From contig NC_135830.1 of assembly GCF_964213995.1 (NCBI RefSeq), positions 13,702,001-13,766,000 on the forward strand: DNA of 64,000 nucleotides, written 5' to 3'. Source of the stretch: Mustelus asterias (lineage: Eukaryota). Positions 13,270 through 25,565 of the stretch are shown piece by piece. The notes beneath the pieces were generated by a model that worked only from the letters and a program-made list of their open reading frames with translations, was not told where the DNA came from and searched no databases. The position numbers and the translations under genes were made by a program. Numbering within the stretch: the stretch's first letter is position 1; every line of letters begins with the position of its first letter.

Positions 13270-13559
13270 ACATTTAGCTGCTGTTCCGTATTGGTCAAGG
13301 TACCAGTTCTGTATATTTATTTTCCTTGCACACGGCGGGATTTCTTCACATGGGCTTTGGTTTGAGAACCTCAGCACAATCTCACACCATAGCAGGCTCA
13401 CAAGGAAATTAAAAAAAATTCAATTGGTGACTATGCTTGCGGACACGCATTCAGAGGACCCCATGCCTTCAGACGACCTCCCACGTTGTGGGAGGCTCGG
13501 GAGGAATTTGCCCGTCCCCTTGCAGAGGTATCTGAATAATCGAAAGCCACAGACGAGCT

Positions 13560-15030
13560 GCCTGAAGATTGGAGGGTGGCAAATGCCGTGCTTTTGTTTA
13601 AACAGGGCTGCAGGGAAAAGCCTGGGAATTACAGGCCCGTGAGCCTCACATCTGTAGCGGATAGGTTGTTAGAAGGTAGTCTGAGAGATGGGATCTACAG
13701 GCATTTCGAGAGGCAAGGACTGATTAGAGACGGTCAGCGTGGCTGTGTGAGTGGAAAATCATGTCTCACTAATTTGATTGAGTTTTTTGAAGGGGTAACC
13801 AAGAAGGTCGATGAGGGCAGTGCAGTTGATGTTGTCTACATTGACTTTAGGAGGCATTTGACAAGGTACCGCATGGCAGGTTGTTGCATTAGGTTAAATC
13901 CCACGGAATTCAGGGTGAGGTAGCCAAATAGATACAAAATTAGCTGGACGACAGAAGACAGAGGGTGGTTGTCGAGCTTTGCTTTCAAATTGGAGGCCTG
14001 TGACCAGCGGTGTGCCTCAGTAATTGGTGCTGGTTACACTGTTATTTGTCATTTATATTAATGATTTAGATGAGAATTTAGGACGCATGATTAGTAAGTT
14101 TGCAGATGACACCAATATTGGAGGCATCGTGCACAGTGAAGAAGCTTATCGAGGATTGCAGCGGGATCTTGATCAATTGGGCCAGTGGGCTGACGAATGG
14201 GAGAGTTTATTTTACATAATGGTCGGAGTTTATTTTACATAAATGCGAGATGATGCATTTTGGTAGATCGAACCAGGACAAGACTTGCTCAGTTAATGGT
14301 AGGGCGTTGGTGAGAGTTATAGAAAAAGCATCTCGGATATAGTTCATCGCTCCTTCAAAGTGCACTCAGAGGTGGACAGTGGTGGAGAAGGCATTCAGCA
14401 TGCTTGGTTTCATTGGCCAGAACATTGAACACAAGAATTGGGACGTCTTGTTGAAGTTGTCCAAGACATTGGTAAGGCCATACTTGGAATACTGTGTACA
14501 GTTTTGGCCACCGTCTTATAGAAATTATAGTATTAAATTAGGAGTGCAGAAAAGATCTATGAGGATGCTGCCGGGACTTGACATTTTGAGATATAACGAG
14601 AGGCTGGATAGACTGGGACTTTTTTCTCTGGAGCGTCGAAGGCTGAGGAGTGATCTTATAGAAGTCTATAAAATAATGAGGGGCACAGATCAGCTAGATA
14701 GTCAATATATTTTCCCAAAAGTAGGAGAGTCTAAAACTAGATGGCATAGTTTTGAGGTGAGGGGGGAGAGATACAAAAGTGTCCAGATGGGCATTGTTTT
14801 CACACAGAGGGTCGTGAGTGTCTCGAACAAGTTGTCAGAGGTAATAGTAGAGGCGGGTACAAGTTTGTATTTTAAAAAGTGTTTAGACAGTTAAATGGGT
14901 AAGATTTCTATAGAGGGATATGGGCCCAATGCGGACAATTGGGACTAATTCAGTGTTTCAAAAAGGGGCGGCAGGGACAATTTGGGGCGTAGGGCCTATT
15001 TCCATGCTATGAACCTCTATGATTCTATAT
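13560..15030 (+). mobile_element. 5'-truncated, frameshifted CR1 (RT and C-terminus)
   Basis: GNYRPVSLTS, KSCLTNLIEFFE, ISKFADDT, LVRPYLEYCVQFW motifs; CTATGATTCTAT tail. Confidence 0.92.
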
Positions 15031-15610
15031 TTGTGATTTGGACAGCTGGCTGTGTGTTTATTGTTATTCATTCGCGTGTTGTGTGTGTCCATCCCAATCT
15101 CTGTCTCTCTCTGTGTCTCTCTTTGTCTCTCTATACCTGTCCCACTCTTTCCACCCTCAGTCTCTCTGTCTGTGCATCTATCACTGTTCGCTCTTCTGCT
15201 CTTTTTTCCCACTGCCTCTGTGTCAGCTAAATTCACTGGATTCATTCTTGTGATGAAGCTGTTGTCCAGGGATCAGTCTGTTCTCTCTGTAGTTTACAAT
15301 AACAAGAAGTGAGCTAATTAAAAAGTCTGAATCTGGGAGACAGTTTGATAGTCCCCATATCGAGACGTTGTTTCCATCTGGCTGGGGTACTTAGAACAAA
15401 AATATTAAGGCGAAAGATGTCAGGGGAATTTGTAATGTTTGGATGGAGATGAAACTAAGAAGTGGAAGATGTGAATGAAATTATTGATGATTGAGAGGAA
15501 TACATTAAAACCATGGGGAATCTGTCGGTCGATTAATTGCAAACTTTGTAATCAGAATAAGCTGTTAGTCTTCACTTATTTTATGTTATGGAGTGCCGCT
15601 TCTTCCATGT

Positions 15611-15683
15611 TCCTGGCTCGCTCAGTCCGTAAAGTATGAAGCTCTTAATCTTCGGGTTGTCGGTTTGAGCCCTAGTTAGGTGT
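15611..15683 (+). pseudogene. tRNA-Lys(CTT) pseudogene
   Basis: CCTGGCTCGCTCAGTCCGTAAAGTATG..CTCTTAATC..GGTTGTCGGTTTGAGCCC; inverted paralog at about 23787-23860. Confidence 0.65.
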
Positions 15684-17019
15684 CATTATTTTTAAACTTT
15701 GCTGCTTTCCCGGGTGAACTCCAGCTCTCATTTCCTCCGGCAGTCTCAACGCTCAAACTGAGACTATCTCCATCCCGCTTTGTTAACGTCATTTTTATTG
15801 CTTTCTGCTTTAAAGCTATCTCTGCTTCCCTGCAAGTCGAAGAGTTTAGTGCTTTATTCAGCGAGAAGGTATGTTCTCATTTTGCACCAAATTTGAACCC
15901 AAATTTGGGATATTGTGCCAGTGGAAACAATAACACCCCCCCCCCACCCCCCTGTCATTCAATCACTCCAGCCTTACATCCTATCGTAAGGACGTTTGAT
16001 ATTTCCTCCTCTCGTCCTCAGTTTTCCTTGACTCCGTATTTGTTCGTAAAACATTACATCTCTAATTTCTTCCAGTTTAATCCCACATTGTAACTGTTTC
16101 TCTATATCCCCGTCGGTTACAGGACCTCAACCTATTTTTGCAAATATCTATTTTTACTATCAATGGAGATTTCTGCCTCATCACAGCTCAGGCTGCGAGT
16201 TCTATAAGCCACCGTCTGGGTGAAATACATGACTGCACAACTCCATCTAATCCTGCCACTAATTATGTTACATTGAATAGTTTAATTTGCTGTGATTCTG
16301 TTGGTAACGATTTTGGAATGTCATTCGGCCAAATCGCATTACTAAGACTTATGGACAACAATCTAGGTTAAAACTCCCGCAATGAACTGTGAGATTTTTG
16401 CACTAACGGATATTTTAAACTGAGGTTCCCTCTGTCCCATCAGGTGTTAATGGAATATCCCATAAAGGAATATTTGTTCGGCTGCAATGATAAACGTGTT
16501 CCAATTACTCCCAGTGAAGTGGCGGGCAGTTTTCAGTGACAGCTTCAGTGGATTGATAAACAGAGCCAATCGAGTTGTGCAGAGACACAATGCAATTCCA
16601 ATGAAAGAACATAGACTAGAAATGTAAGCAATGTTTTGCTCTTCACAGATGCACTCAGATTGGCTGAAAGTTCCAGGATTTCCCGTTTTTATTGCATATG
16701 TAAATCATCTGCAGCATGATATCTCTATTTAATTGGTGAGTTTTCATAATGCGGGATTATTGCAAATAAATCTCTGAGATCTCCTTCTGAGCTGAAAACT
16801 GATGGGAAAAATCAAAGTGTGAATAAGGTCTTCACCTGCTGACAGTGAAAAGGGAGTCACTCTGTCATCCCATTCTTTGATCCAATTGCAGTGTCATAAT
16901 GGAGAGGAACTATTCAAATACTTCACGGTTGTGATCGGATTCACACCAGGGCTGGTTCTGACCCGGGATTTCTTAGAATCATCGAATAATACAGCGCAGG
17001 AAGGCCTTTTGGCCGATCG

Positions 17020-17660
17020 AGTCCACACCAACACATTAGAAACACACGAACTGCCACCTAATCGCATCCCAGCATTGGCCCATAGCCCTGAATGTTATGA
17101 TGTGTCAAGTGCTCATCCAGATACTTCTTAAAAGATGTGAGGCAATCCGCCTCTACCGCAGCGCCTTCCAGACCGTCACTACCCTCTGGTTAAAAAAGGA
17201 AATCCTCACATCCCCATAAGCCACCTGCAACTTACCTTAACCCCATGTCCCTTCGTGACTGACCATTCAGCTCAGGGGAACAGTTGTTCCTTGTCCACTG
17301 TGTCCATGTCCCTTATAACTATGAGGACCATAGCGTAAGTACACAGGAATCAACTTTTCCCCTTGGTGGAGCGACCAATGACTAGGAGTAAAGATTTAAG
17401 ATAATTGGCACGAGGTTCAGAGGGAATACGAGGAAAGCAACCTTTCACCCACAGGGTGATGGGAGTCTGGAAATCACTCCCTGAAAGGATGGTGGGGGCA
17501 GAGATCGTCTTAACATTGAAGAAATATCCCGATTTGTACTGCTGTGCCAAAGCACACAAGGCTATCGACGAAGTGCTGGAAAATGTTGATCAGAATAGAG
17601 AGAAGGTTGTTGGACCGGTGGAGACGCGATGAGCCGGAAGGTCGTTTCTGTGTGATTTAT
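17020..17660. mobile_element. Two CR1 3' fragments in opposite orientation
   Basis: Plus-strand FTHRVMGVWKSLPERMV at 17405-17632; minus-strand CR1 tail at 17020-17320. Confidence 0.65.
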
Positions 17661-18074
17661 GACTGGGCACTTGACCCTCTGAAAAAGACACTGAAGCAAA
17701 CGATGTGAGCTCAAATCTTGGTTATACTTTGCTTTACTTTGCTAAAGCCGATGATCGGATTGCTGAAGGACATTTTATTTAAAATTCTCAGAAAGTGGAA
17801 TTCGGAACCCTGAAAAGTTTTCAGCAAATTGCACCGCAATCACATTGCAGACGATGCAGCGAATTGTCTCCTGGCGTCATTGCATCAGCCCCAGAGGACA
17901 ATTGCTCAAGAATACAAAAAGTTCAGAGGCAGAGATGTCACAGAGAGCAGGGGTCCACCAACAGATATCATTCACTCACTCATCTGTCCCAATTTAAATG
18001 AGGGGTGGGATGCCGAGAGTCCAGAGTGCCAACCGTTACAACATGGAAACGGCAGCACTCTGACCTAAAACACT

Positions 18075-18243
18075 NNNNNNNNNNNNNNNNNNNNNNNNNN
18101 NNNNNNNNNNNNNNNNNNNNNNNNNNNNNNNNNNNNNNNNNNNNNNNNNNNNNNNNNNNNNNNNNNNNNNNNNNNNNNNNNNNNNNNNNNNNNNNNNNNN
18201 NNNNNNNNNNNNNNNNNNNNNNNNNNNNNNNNNNNNNNNNNNN
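18075..18243. other. Assembly gap (169 N)
   Basis: Run of N at the position where paralogous units carry a (CA)n/(CT)n microsatellite. Confidence 0.99.
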
Positions 18244-18656
18244 CCAGTCGAATAGTTGTTGTGTGACACCAACTTCTCCTTTCTTTCAACAGAGGAGATA
18301 CAGAGTAGCGAAAGATTAAAACAAACACTGATGTTGCAGGCATCTGTCGCCAGAGGCTCGGCAATGTGCAATATAATTGAAGTTGAGCTGGTTGACAATT
18401 TGTCCTCTCCGTTGGTGAAAAATGTAAACGAAATGTCCTTCAGCAAATCAATCATCAGTTTTTGCAAAGAAATGGGGAATCTGCCTAAATTTAAACCCGG
18501 TTCAGTGGATCCAAGGTGCTCAACATTAGACCAGAGCACATCGAACCAGCTGCAAATGGTGACTCAAAGCATTTCACCCACCTGCTGTTCCTGCCACATT
18601 GAATGAAAGAGGTCACATGCTTTGAGTGACCATTTGCAGCTGGCTGCTGTGTTCTT

Positions 18657-18728
18657 GGTTCTGTGGTGTAATAGTGAGCACTCTGGACTCTGAGTCTTGC
18701 GAACCAAATTTAGATCTCGCCGTAACCT
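18657..18728 (+). pseudogene. tRNA-Gln(CTG) pseudogene
   Basis: GGTTCTGTGGTGTAATAGTGAGCACTCTGGACTCTGA...; T arm degenerate. Confidence 0.75.
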
Positions 18729-18974
18729 TGGTTTTCTTTGCTCAAGCCGATGATGGGTTTGCTCAAGGATATTTTATTTAAAATTCTCAGCAAGCGGAAT
18801 TTTAAACACTGAGTAAGTTTCAGAAAATTGCACTGCAATCACATTGCAGATGATGCAGCGAATGACCCTCCTGGTGTCATTGCATCTGTCCAGAGGACGA
18901 CTGCTCAAGAATACAAAACGCTCAGACACAGAATCCCTACAGTGCGGTCGGGAGCCACTCGGCCCATCGAGCAG

Positions 18975-20900
18975 AGAACATAGAACACAGAACAGTACAG
19001 CACAGAACAGGCCCTTCGGCCCACGAAGTTGTGCCGAGCTTTATCTGAAACCAAGATCAAGCTATCCCACTCCCTGTCATCCTGGTGTGCTCCATGTGCC
19101 TATCCGATAACCGCTAAAATGTACCTAAAGTTTCTGACTCCACTATCACTGCAGGCAGTCCATTCCACACCTTAACCACTCTCTGAGTAAAGAACCTACC
19201 TCGGGCATCCTTCCTATATCTCCCACCATGAACACTATAGTTATGCCCCCTTGTAGTAGCTCCATCCACCCGAGAAAATAGTCTTCGAACGTTCACTCTA
19301 TCTATCCCCTTCATCATTTTATAAACCTCTATTAAGTCTCCCCTCAACCTCCTCCGCTCCAGAGAGAACAGCCCTCGCTCCCTGAACCTTTCCTCATAAG
19401 ACCTACCCTCAAAACCAGGCACCATGCTGGTAAATCTCCTTTGCACTCTTTCCAGCGCTTCCACATCCTTCTTATAGTGAGGTGACCAGAACTGCACACA
19501 ATATTCCAAATGTGGTCTCACCAAGGTCCTGTACAGTTGCAGCATAACCCCACGGCTCTTAAACTCCAAACCCCTGTTAATAAAAGCTGACACACTGTAG
19601 GCCTTCTTCAAAGCTCTATCCACTTGAGCGGCAACCTTCAGAGATCTGTGGATGTGGACCCCAAGATCTCTCTGTTCCTCCACAGTCTTTGGAACCCTAC
19701 CTTTCACCCTGTAATCCACATTTAAATTTGTCCTACCAAAATGAATCACCTCACATTTATCAGGGTTAAACTCCATCTGCCATTTTTCAGCCCAGCTTTG
19801 CATCCTATCTATGTCTCTTTGCAGTCTACAAGAGCCCTCCACCTCATCCACTACTCCACCAGTCTTCGTGTCATCAGTAAATTTACTGATCCACCCTTCA
19901 GCCCCCTCCTCTCGGTCATTAATAAAAATCACAAATAGCAGAGGACCAAGCACTGATCCCTGCGGCACTCCGCTAGCAACCTGCCTCCAGTCCGAAAATT
20001 TTCCATCCACCACCACCCTCTGTCTTCGATCAGATAGCCAGTTACCTATCCAATCGGCCAACTTTGCCTCTATCCCACATCTCCTTACTTTCATCATAAG
20101 CCGACGATGGGGGACCTTATCAAGCACCTTACGAAAATCCATGTATATGACATCAACTGCCCTACCTCCATCAACACACTTAGTTACGTTCTCAAAAAAT
20201 TCTATCAAATTTGTGAGGCACGACTTGCCCTTCACGAATCTGTGCTGACTATCCGGATTAATCCGCATCTTTCTAAATGTTCGTAAATCCCATCCCTAAG
20301 GACCTTTTCCATCAACTCACCAACCACCGAAGTAAGACTTACCGGCCTATAATTACCAGAGTCATTTGTATTCCCTTTCTTAAACAGAGGAACAACATTC
20401 GCCACTCTCCAGTCCTCTGGCACCATCCCCGTGGACAGTGAGGACCCAAAGATCAAAGCCAAAGGCTCTGCAATCTCATCCCTTGCCTCCCAAAGAATCC
20501 TAGGATGTATTTCATCAGGCCCAGGGGACTTATCGACCTTCAGTTTATTCAAAACTGCTAGTACATCCTCCCTCCAAACATCTACTTCCTCCAGCCTATT
20601 AGCCTGTAACACCTTCTCTTCCTTAAAAACATGGCCCCTCTCCTTAGTGAACACTGAAGAAAAGTATTCATTCATCACCTCTCCTCTCTCTACTGACTCC
20701 ATTCACAATTTTCCACTACTGTTCTTGACTGGCCCTAACCTCACCCTGGTCATTCTTTTATTCCTCACATAAGAGTAAAAAGCCTTGGGGTTTTCCTTGA
20801 TCAGACCTGCCAAGGACTTCTTATGCCCCCTCCTAGCTCTCCTGAGCCCCTTTTTCAGCTCATTCCTTGCTAACTTGTAACCCTCAATCGAGCCATCTGA
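18975..20900 (-). mobile_element. 5'-truncated CR1 with near-intact RT, inserted within a SINE
   Basis: ORFs 19114-20268 and 20232-20702 (one frameshift) carry GVPQGSVLGP and KFTDDT; tail at about 18976. Confidence 0.95.
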
Positions 20901-20904
20901 ACCG

Positions 20905-21168
20905 ACAGAGTATGCACCGACAACAATCCCACCCAGATCCTATCCCCGTAAACCCACGTATTTGCCCTGTTAGCCCTCCTGACACCACAGGCAATTTACC
21001 ATGGCCAATCAACGTAACCTGCACATCATTGGATTGTACGCCGGGTGCTCAGTATCGTTCTACACAGGGGAGAAAGTGCAAACTGCACACAGACAGTAAC
21101 CCGAAGACAGATCTGAACAGGTCCCTGGCACGGTGAGGCAGCAGTGCTAACCACTGTGCCACCGTGCC
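20905..21168 (-). mobile_element. HE1-like SINE 5' part (3' part at about 18925-18975)
   Basis: GGCACGGTGGCACAGTGGTTAGCACTGCTGCCTCAC head on the minus strand. Confidence 0.8.
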
Positions 21169-21259
21169 AGAAAAGCCACAGACGTCAGGGTTCTCCTACC
21201 GATACCAGTCACTAAGTCACCTGCCCCAAGTTAAGCAAGAGTTGGGACGATGAACATAC

Positions 21260-21331
21260 TGGTTCCACCGAGATTGAAACTCGGATTACTGGATTCAAAG
21301 AAGAGAGTGATAATCATCACACAATGGAACC
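21260..21331 (-). pseudogene. tRNA-Gln(TTG) pseudogene
   Basis: GGTTCCATTGTGTGATG...CTTTGAATCCAG...GGTGGAACCA. Confidence 0.75.
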
Positions 21332-21655
21332 AACAAGGTGCCTGTTTAAGGTAGGGAACCTTTCACCTAGATCTCATACATACACATTCTTGCTCAATAA
21401 TTGCCAGGCTTCAGTCGAAGGGTTGTTGTTGTTTAGCACCAACTGCTTCTTTGTTTCGATAGAGCGTTGAAGAGTAGCAAATAATGAGAAAGAAAAATAC
21501 AGATGTTGCAGGCATCTGGCGCCAGCGTCCCAGTAATGTGCATTGTAATAGCAGTTGAACTGGGGGACAAATCGTCCTCTCGATTAGTACTTTGTGAACA
21601 TTTTAAACGAAATACCCTTCTGCAAAACAATCAGCAGCATTGGCAACGAAAAGCA

Positions 21656-21728
21656 AGGCTCCACCGAGATTTAAACTCAGATCATTGGATTCAAAGTCTA
21701 GAGTGCTAACCGTTGCACCACAGAGACC
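21656..21728 (-). pseudogene. tRNA-Gln(TTG) pseudogene
   Basis: GGTGCAACGGTTAGCACTCTAGACTTTGAATCCAATGATCTGAGTTTAAATCTCGGTGGAGCCT. Confidence 0.75.
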
Positions 21729-21967
21729 AGAACACCGCAAAGAACTGCAAATGACAAGTGAAACATGACTATTTCTCGTGATATTTCCCAATATGGCTTG
21801 CGAAGGAAATGATTTGCTGCAGGTTTGGGGGACTGTGCCTTCTGACATTTTCTCCTATCAACGGTGGCGCATTATGACACGTTGCTGCTGTATTTGCTGT
21901 TGCTGTCACGTCGATTGGAAGAGATCAAATTCTTCCAGTGACCATTTGCCAGGGTGGGGGCGTTCTG

Positions 21968-22039
21968 AGATCTGTGTTGTACCTCTAAAAGTTTTGGAAT
22001 TTGAATCCAACAATCTGAGTTCGAATCCTGGTGGAGCCT
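21968..22039 (+). pseudogene. tRNA-Gln(TTG) pseudogene
   Basis: TTGGAATTTGAATCCAACAATCTGAGTTCGAATCCTGGTGGAGCCT. Confidence 0.65.
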
Positions 22040-22409
22040 TGTTTTTTTTTGCTCAAGCCGATGATGGGTTTGCTGAAAGGCATTTTGTTGTAAATTCTCA
22101 GAATGTAGAAATCTAAACGCTGAGCAAATCTCAGCAAATTCGACCGCAATCACATTGCAGATGATGCAGCAAATGGCTCTCCTGGCGCCATTGCATGTGC
22201 ACCAGAGGACGTTTGCTCAAGGATACAAAGCGCTGGGAGGCAGGGAAGCCACAGTGGGCAGGGGGTCCGCCTACATGGTGTCGTGTCATTCACTCACTCA
22301 TCTGTCCAAATTTAAACAAGAGTTCGGAGGCGAGAGGCCGGAGTGTGAATCGTTACACCATGGAATCGACAGCACTCTGACTGAAGGCACGAGGCTTTTT
22401 TCCCCCAAA

Positions 22410-22510
22410 ACACACACGCACGCACTTACACATACACACACTCTCTCTCTCTCTCTCTCTCTCACACGCACACACACACGCGCGCGCACGCGCGCACGCA
22501 CGCACACACA
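22410..22510. repeat. (CA)n/(CT)n/(CG)n compound microsatellite
   Basis: Directly visible. Confidence 0.9.
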
Positions 22511-22764
22511 CTTGCTTAATAATTGCCAGGCTCCAGTCGAATCGTTGTTGTGTGGCACCAACTGCTCCTTTCTTTCAACAGAGGAGCTAAAGAGTCGCCA
22601 AAAAATGAAAAACACTGACGTTGAAGGCATCTGGCGCCAGAGGCTCAGCAATGTGCATTGTAATAGCCGTTGCTGGCTGACAAATTGCCCTTTCGATTCA
22701 GAGTGGAACATTGAAACGAAATACCGTTCAGCAAATCAGTCATCTGCATTGAGAAATTGAAGTA

Positions 22765-22836
22765 AGGTTTTGTTAAGATTTGAACTCGGATCGCTGGATT
22801 CAGAGTACAGAGTGCTCACCTTTACACCACGGAACC
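22765..22836 (-). pseudogene. tRNA-Gln(CTG) pseudogene
   Basis: GGTTCCGTGGTGTAAAGGTGAGCACTCTGTACTCTGAATCCAGCGATCCGAGTTCAAATC; 3' acceptor strand damaged. Confidence 0.8.
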
Positions 22837-23984
22837 GAGCACACAATAGTGCACTGCAAGTGATCATGCAATACTTCTGACAGTTTGAACAACAGGGAGA
22901 AGAATCATTCCCTTTTCACAATCCCGTCAATTACCCACAGCAATTCATATTTCCAGTGTCCTTGCTGGTTCTTCCTATAATAATGAGAATGCTACCTTCT
23001 ACTGCATTAAGTTTCACTGTAGCTCATCACATTCAAAGAGACCTGTTAGCATCCACCTGTATAAACCATATTGTAGTAAATCCACTGAACAACACCGGCT
23101 TATCACAGCTTTGCTTTCGTCACATTCGAAGCCAGTGTGAAAATACGAAGAATTTCAAATCCTAACAGACAGGAAGGAGAGTGTGACTGTGGATAATTGG
23201 CGCAGTGCACATTGCTGTCATGTATCTGGGAGAATCAGGAAGATGGGATCCTGGTGCTCTCGTGGTTAGGATTCGGATCTTTCAGGGTCACAGACTGCCT
23301 CCATACATTAAGATTTAACGTTTTTGTCATAAACAAACCTGAAATACTTCCGGATGGTGAACAGCTCTGATGGAATCATTGGAGTGAGATTTGCAGCTTT
23401 GCTTCGAGTTGGAAAGGTCACATGTGCAACATGACAAGAAAAAAATACAGATAGTTAAAGACAGTGATAGGATGCAAAGCGCTGACGATGGAGATGGTGA
23501 TACAAGGTAAAATCTGAGTGATAATAGGTCAGATTTCACCGTTTGCACAGACAGAAATATCACTCATTTCTGGATAAAACTCTCGGGCTAAATGACAAGA
23601 AAACTTCTCATTAAATGAAACACTAAACTATTTGACTTCGACTGATTGCAAGCAGTTTTCATTCAGAAAGCAGTAACTGTGAGGTTAACAAAGCTGGTTG
23701 GAGAAATACTCCTTTTGAGCAGCGACGCTGCCAGCGGAATGGAGTTCTGGAATTCACCCAGGAAAGCAGCAAAGTTTAAAAACAATGGCACCCAACGTGA
23801 GGTTTGAACCCAAGGCTCTGAAATTACACCTGCCATGCAACCGACTAAGATAGTCAGACTACTGCTGCAGCAGACCTTGCTCCAATTCCTAACATACATG
23901 AAGACAACGTTTGTTCAAATCTGGTGTCTTAATTTGTTCTGATTGCAAAGTTTACAATTAATGGACCAACAGCATCCCCAAGGT

Positions 23985-24236
23985 TACCAAAAGATAAAAT
24001 GCTGGAAAATCTCAGCAGGTCTGGCAGCATCTGCAAGGAGGGGAAAAGAGCTAATGTTTCGAGTCCAGATGACACTTTGTCAAAGCTGACATTTCTAACT
24101 GAACTTTGACAAAGGGCCATCTGGACTCGAAACGTCAGCTCTCTGTCTCTCCTTACAGATGTTGCCAGACCTGCTGAGATTTTTCAGCATTTTCCCTTTT
24201 GGTTTTAGATTCCATCATTCGCAGTAATTTGCTTTT
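23985..24236. mobile_element. Palindromic non-autonomous Penelope-type element with 11-bp TSD
   Basis: About 100-bp inverted arms; ATCCCCAAGGT at 23974-23984 and 24237-24247. Confidence 0.8.
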
Positions 24237-24687
24237 ATCCCCAAGGTAACAATGCGTTCCTCTCAATCATCAATAACATCATTCAAATCTTCCACTACTC
24301 AGTTGCACATCCTTCAAACATTACAAACTCCTCTTACATCTTTCATTCTGATCTTTTCTCTGTAACATTTCAAGATTCAATTTTTGAACCAATATGAACC
24401 ATTCTGTGATGGTAAAAAGCTGTACATTCCCATCGGGAACTGAAGCATATTGAGACACACAGAAAAAACGAAGCAAATACACACACCCAGAGTGACAGAG
24501 GCCTAAGGAGAGGCAAACACAATGAAAACAAGTCTGATACTATCATGGCTTTGTTTGTGTTCCCGTTGGGCTGCAGATCCGTGAATGTTTATGTGAATTA
24601 ACGGAAAAGGGAAGACGCCCAAGTGTTTGCATGGATTTGATTTAATTTGCTCTGTCCACACACAATTAAAGGCAGGAATAATGAAAA

Positions 24688-24744
24688 GAGGGAAATCCCA
24701 ATAGATTTTAACTCCATCACGTTAACCACTCGGACACCCATGAC
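24688..24744 (-). pseudogene. tRNA-Ser 5' fragment
   Basis: GTGTCCGAGTGGTTAACGTGATGGAGTTAAAATCTATTGGGATTTCCC resembles the Ser D, anticodon and variable arms. Confidence 0.55.
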
Positions 24745-25011
24745 TGGTCCTTTAAACTATTAAGCCAACCGCACGTCCAACCTAACAGTTACTCTACAAT
24801 TTACTTTAAATGTCATTAATATTATAAACGTCAGTAATCGAACATGTAATCACTAAAAATTCATGCAGTAGAATGTAGCATTATTCATTTTGAATGGAGG
24901 AACCAACAGAGGCAATACAAATATAAATTGCTGTGGGCAATTGATAGGCTTGTGGAACCAGTTTAGTTCCTACTGCAGCAAAGTAGATCCGTTTGCTCAA
25001 AGCCCATCATC

Positions 25012-25086
25012 GTGTTTGTGTACTGAAGTGCTTATCAAATTCGCCTCACACGCGAAAAGTCCCTGGTTCAAAACCGGGCAGGAGCA
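25012..25086 (+). pseudogene. tRNA-Val(CAC) pseudogene
   Basis: TTCGCCTCACACGCGAAAAGTCCCTGGTTCAAAACCGGGC. Confidence 0.75.
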
Positions 25087-25488
25087 CTTCTAATGCGGTT
25101 AATTTCAGAATAATTCCGATTTCAGGATGATTTGGATTGGTCGTTAAGTATCAACTGCGTTGCTGAGTGCCTCCAGCATTTTCTGCTTTCAGTTAATCTC
25201 TGCGAAGGGCAAAACAAGGCTCAACTTCGAGCTGGATATCTTGTATCAGACCTGGCAAAGTCAAAGATGTAACAACAACAAGTTCATTCGATAACTTATA
25301 TGGCGCAAACATTGTTCACCCAAGGATCTGATACATGTTCAATTCTGCCGCTCTCAAGTTCTATCTTTTAAGTTCCTGTTCGACATCTGAGACATTTCCA
25401 CACCCATCAAATATCACCAAACAAACACTCAGCCTGCTCCTCACTCCACGGTTTATGGTAAACTTACAGTCGATCTTCGCAAGTAGTT

Positions 25489-25565
25489 GGCTTCAAAGCT
25501 CAGTTGTCAGAGCACTGTTTTTTTTTGTAAACCAGTGGTCGCGAGTCCAATTCTCACCGGATCCA
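25489..25565 (+). pseudogene. tRNA-Thr(TGT) pseudogene
   Basis: GGCTTCAAAGCTCAGTTG..AGAGCACTG...TTGTAAACCAG.GGTCGCGAGT; internal T9 run. Confidence 0.65.
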
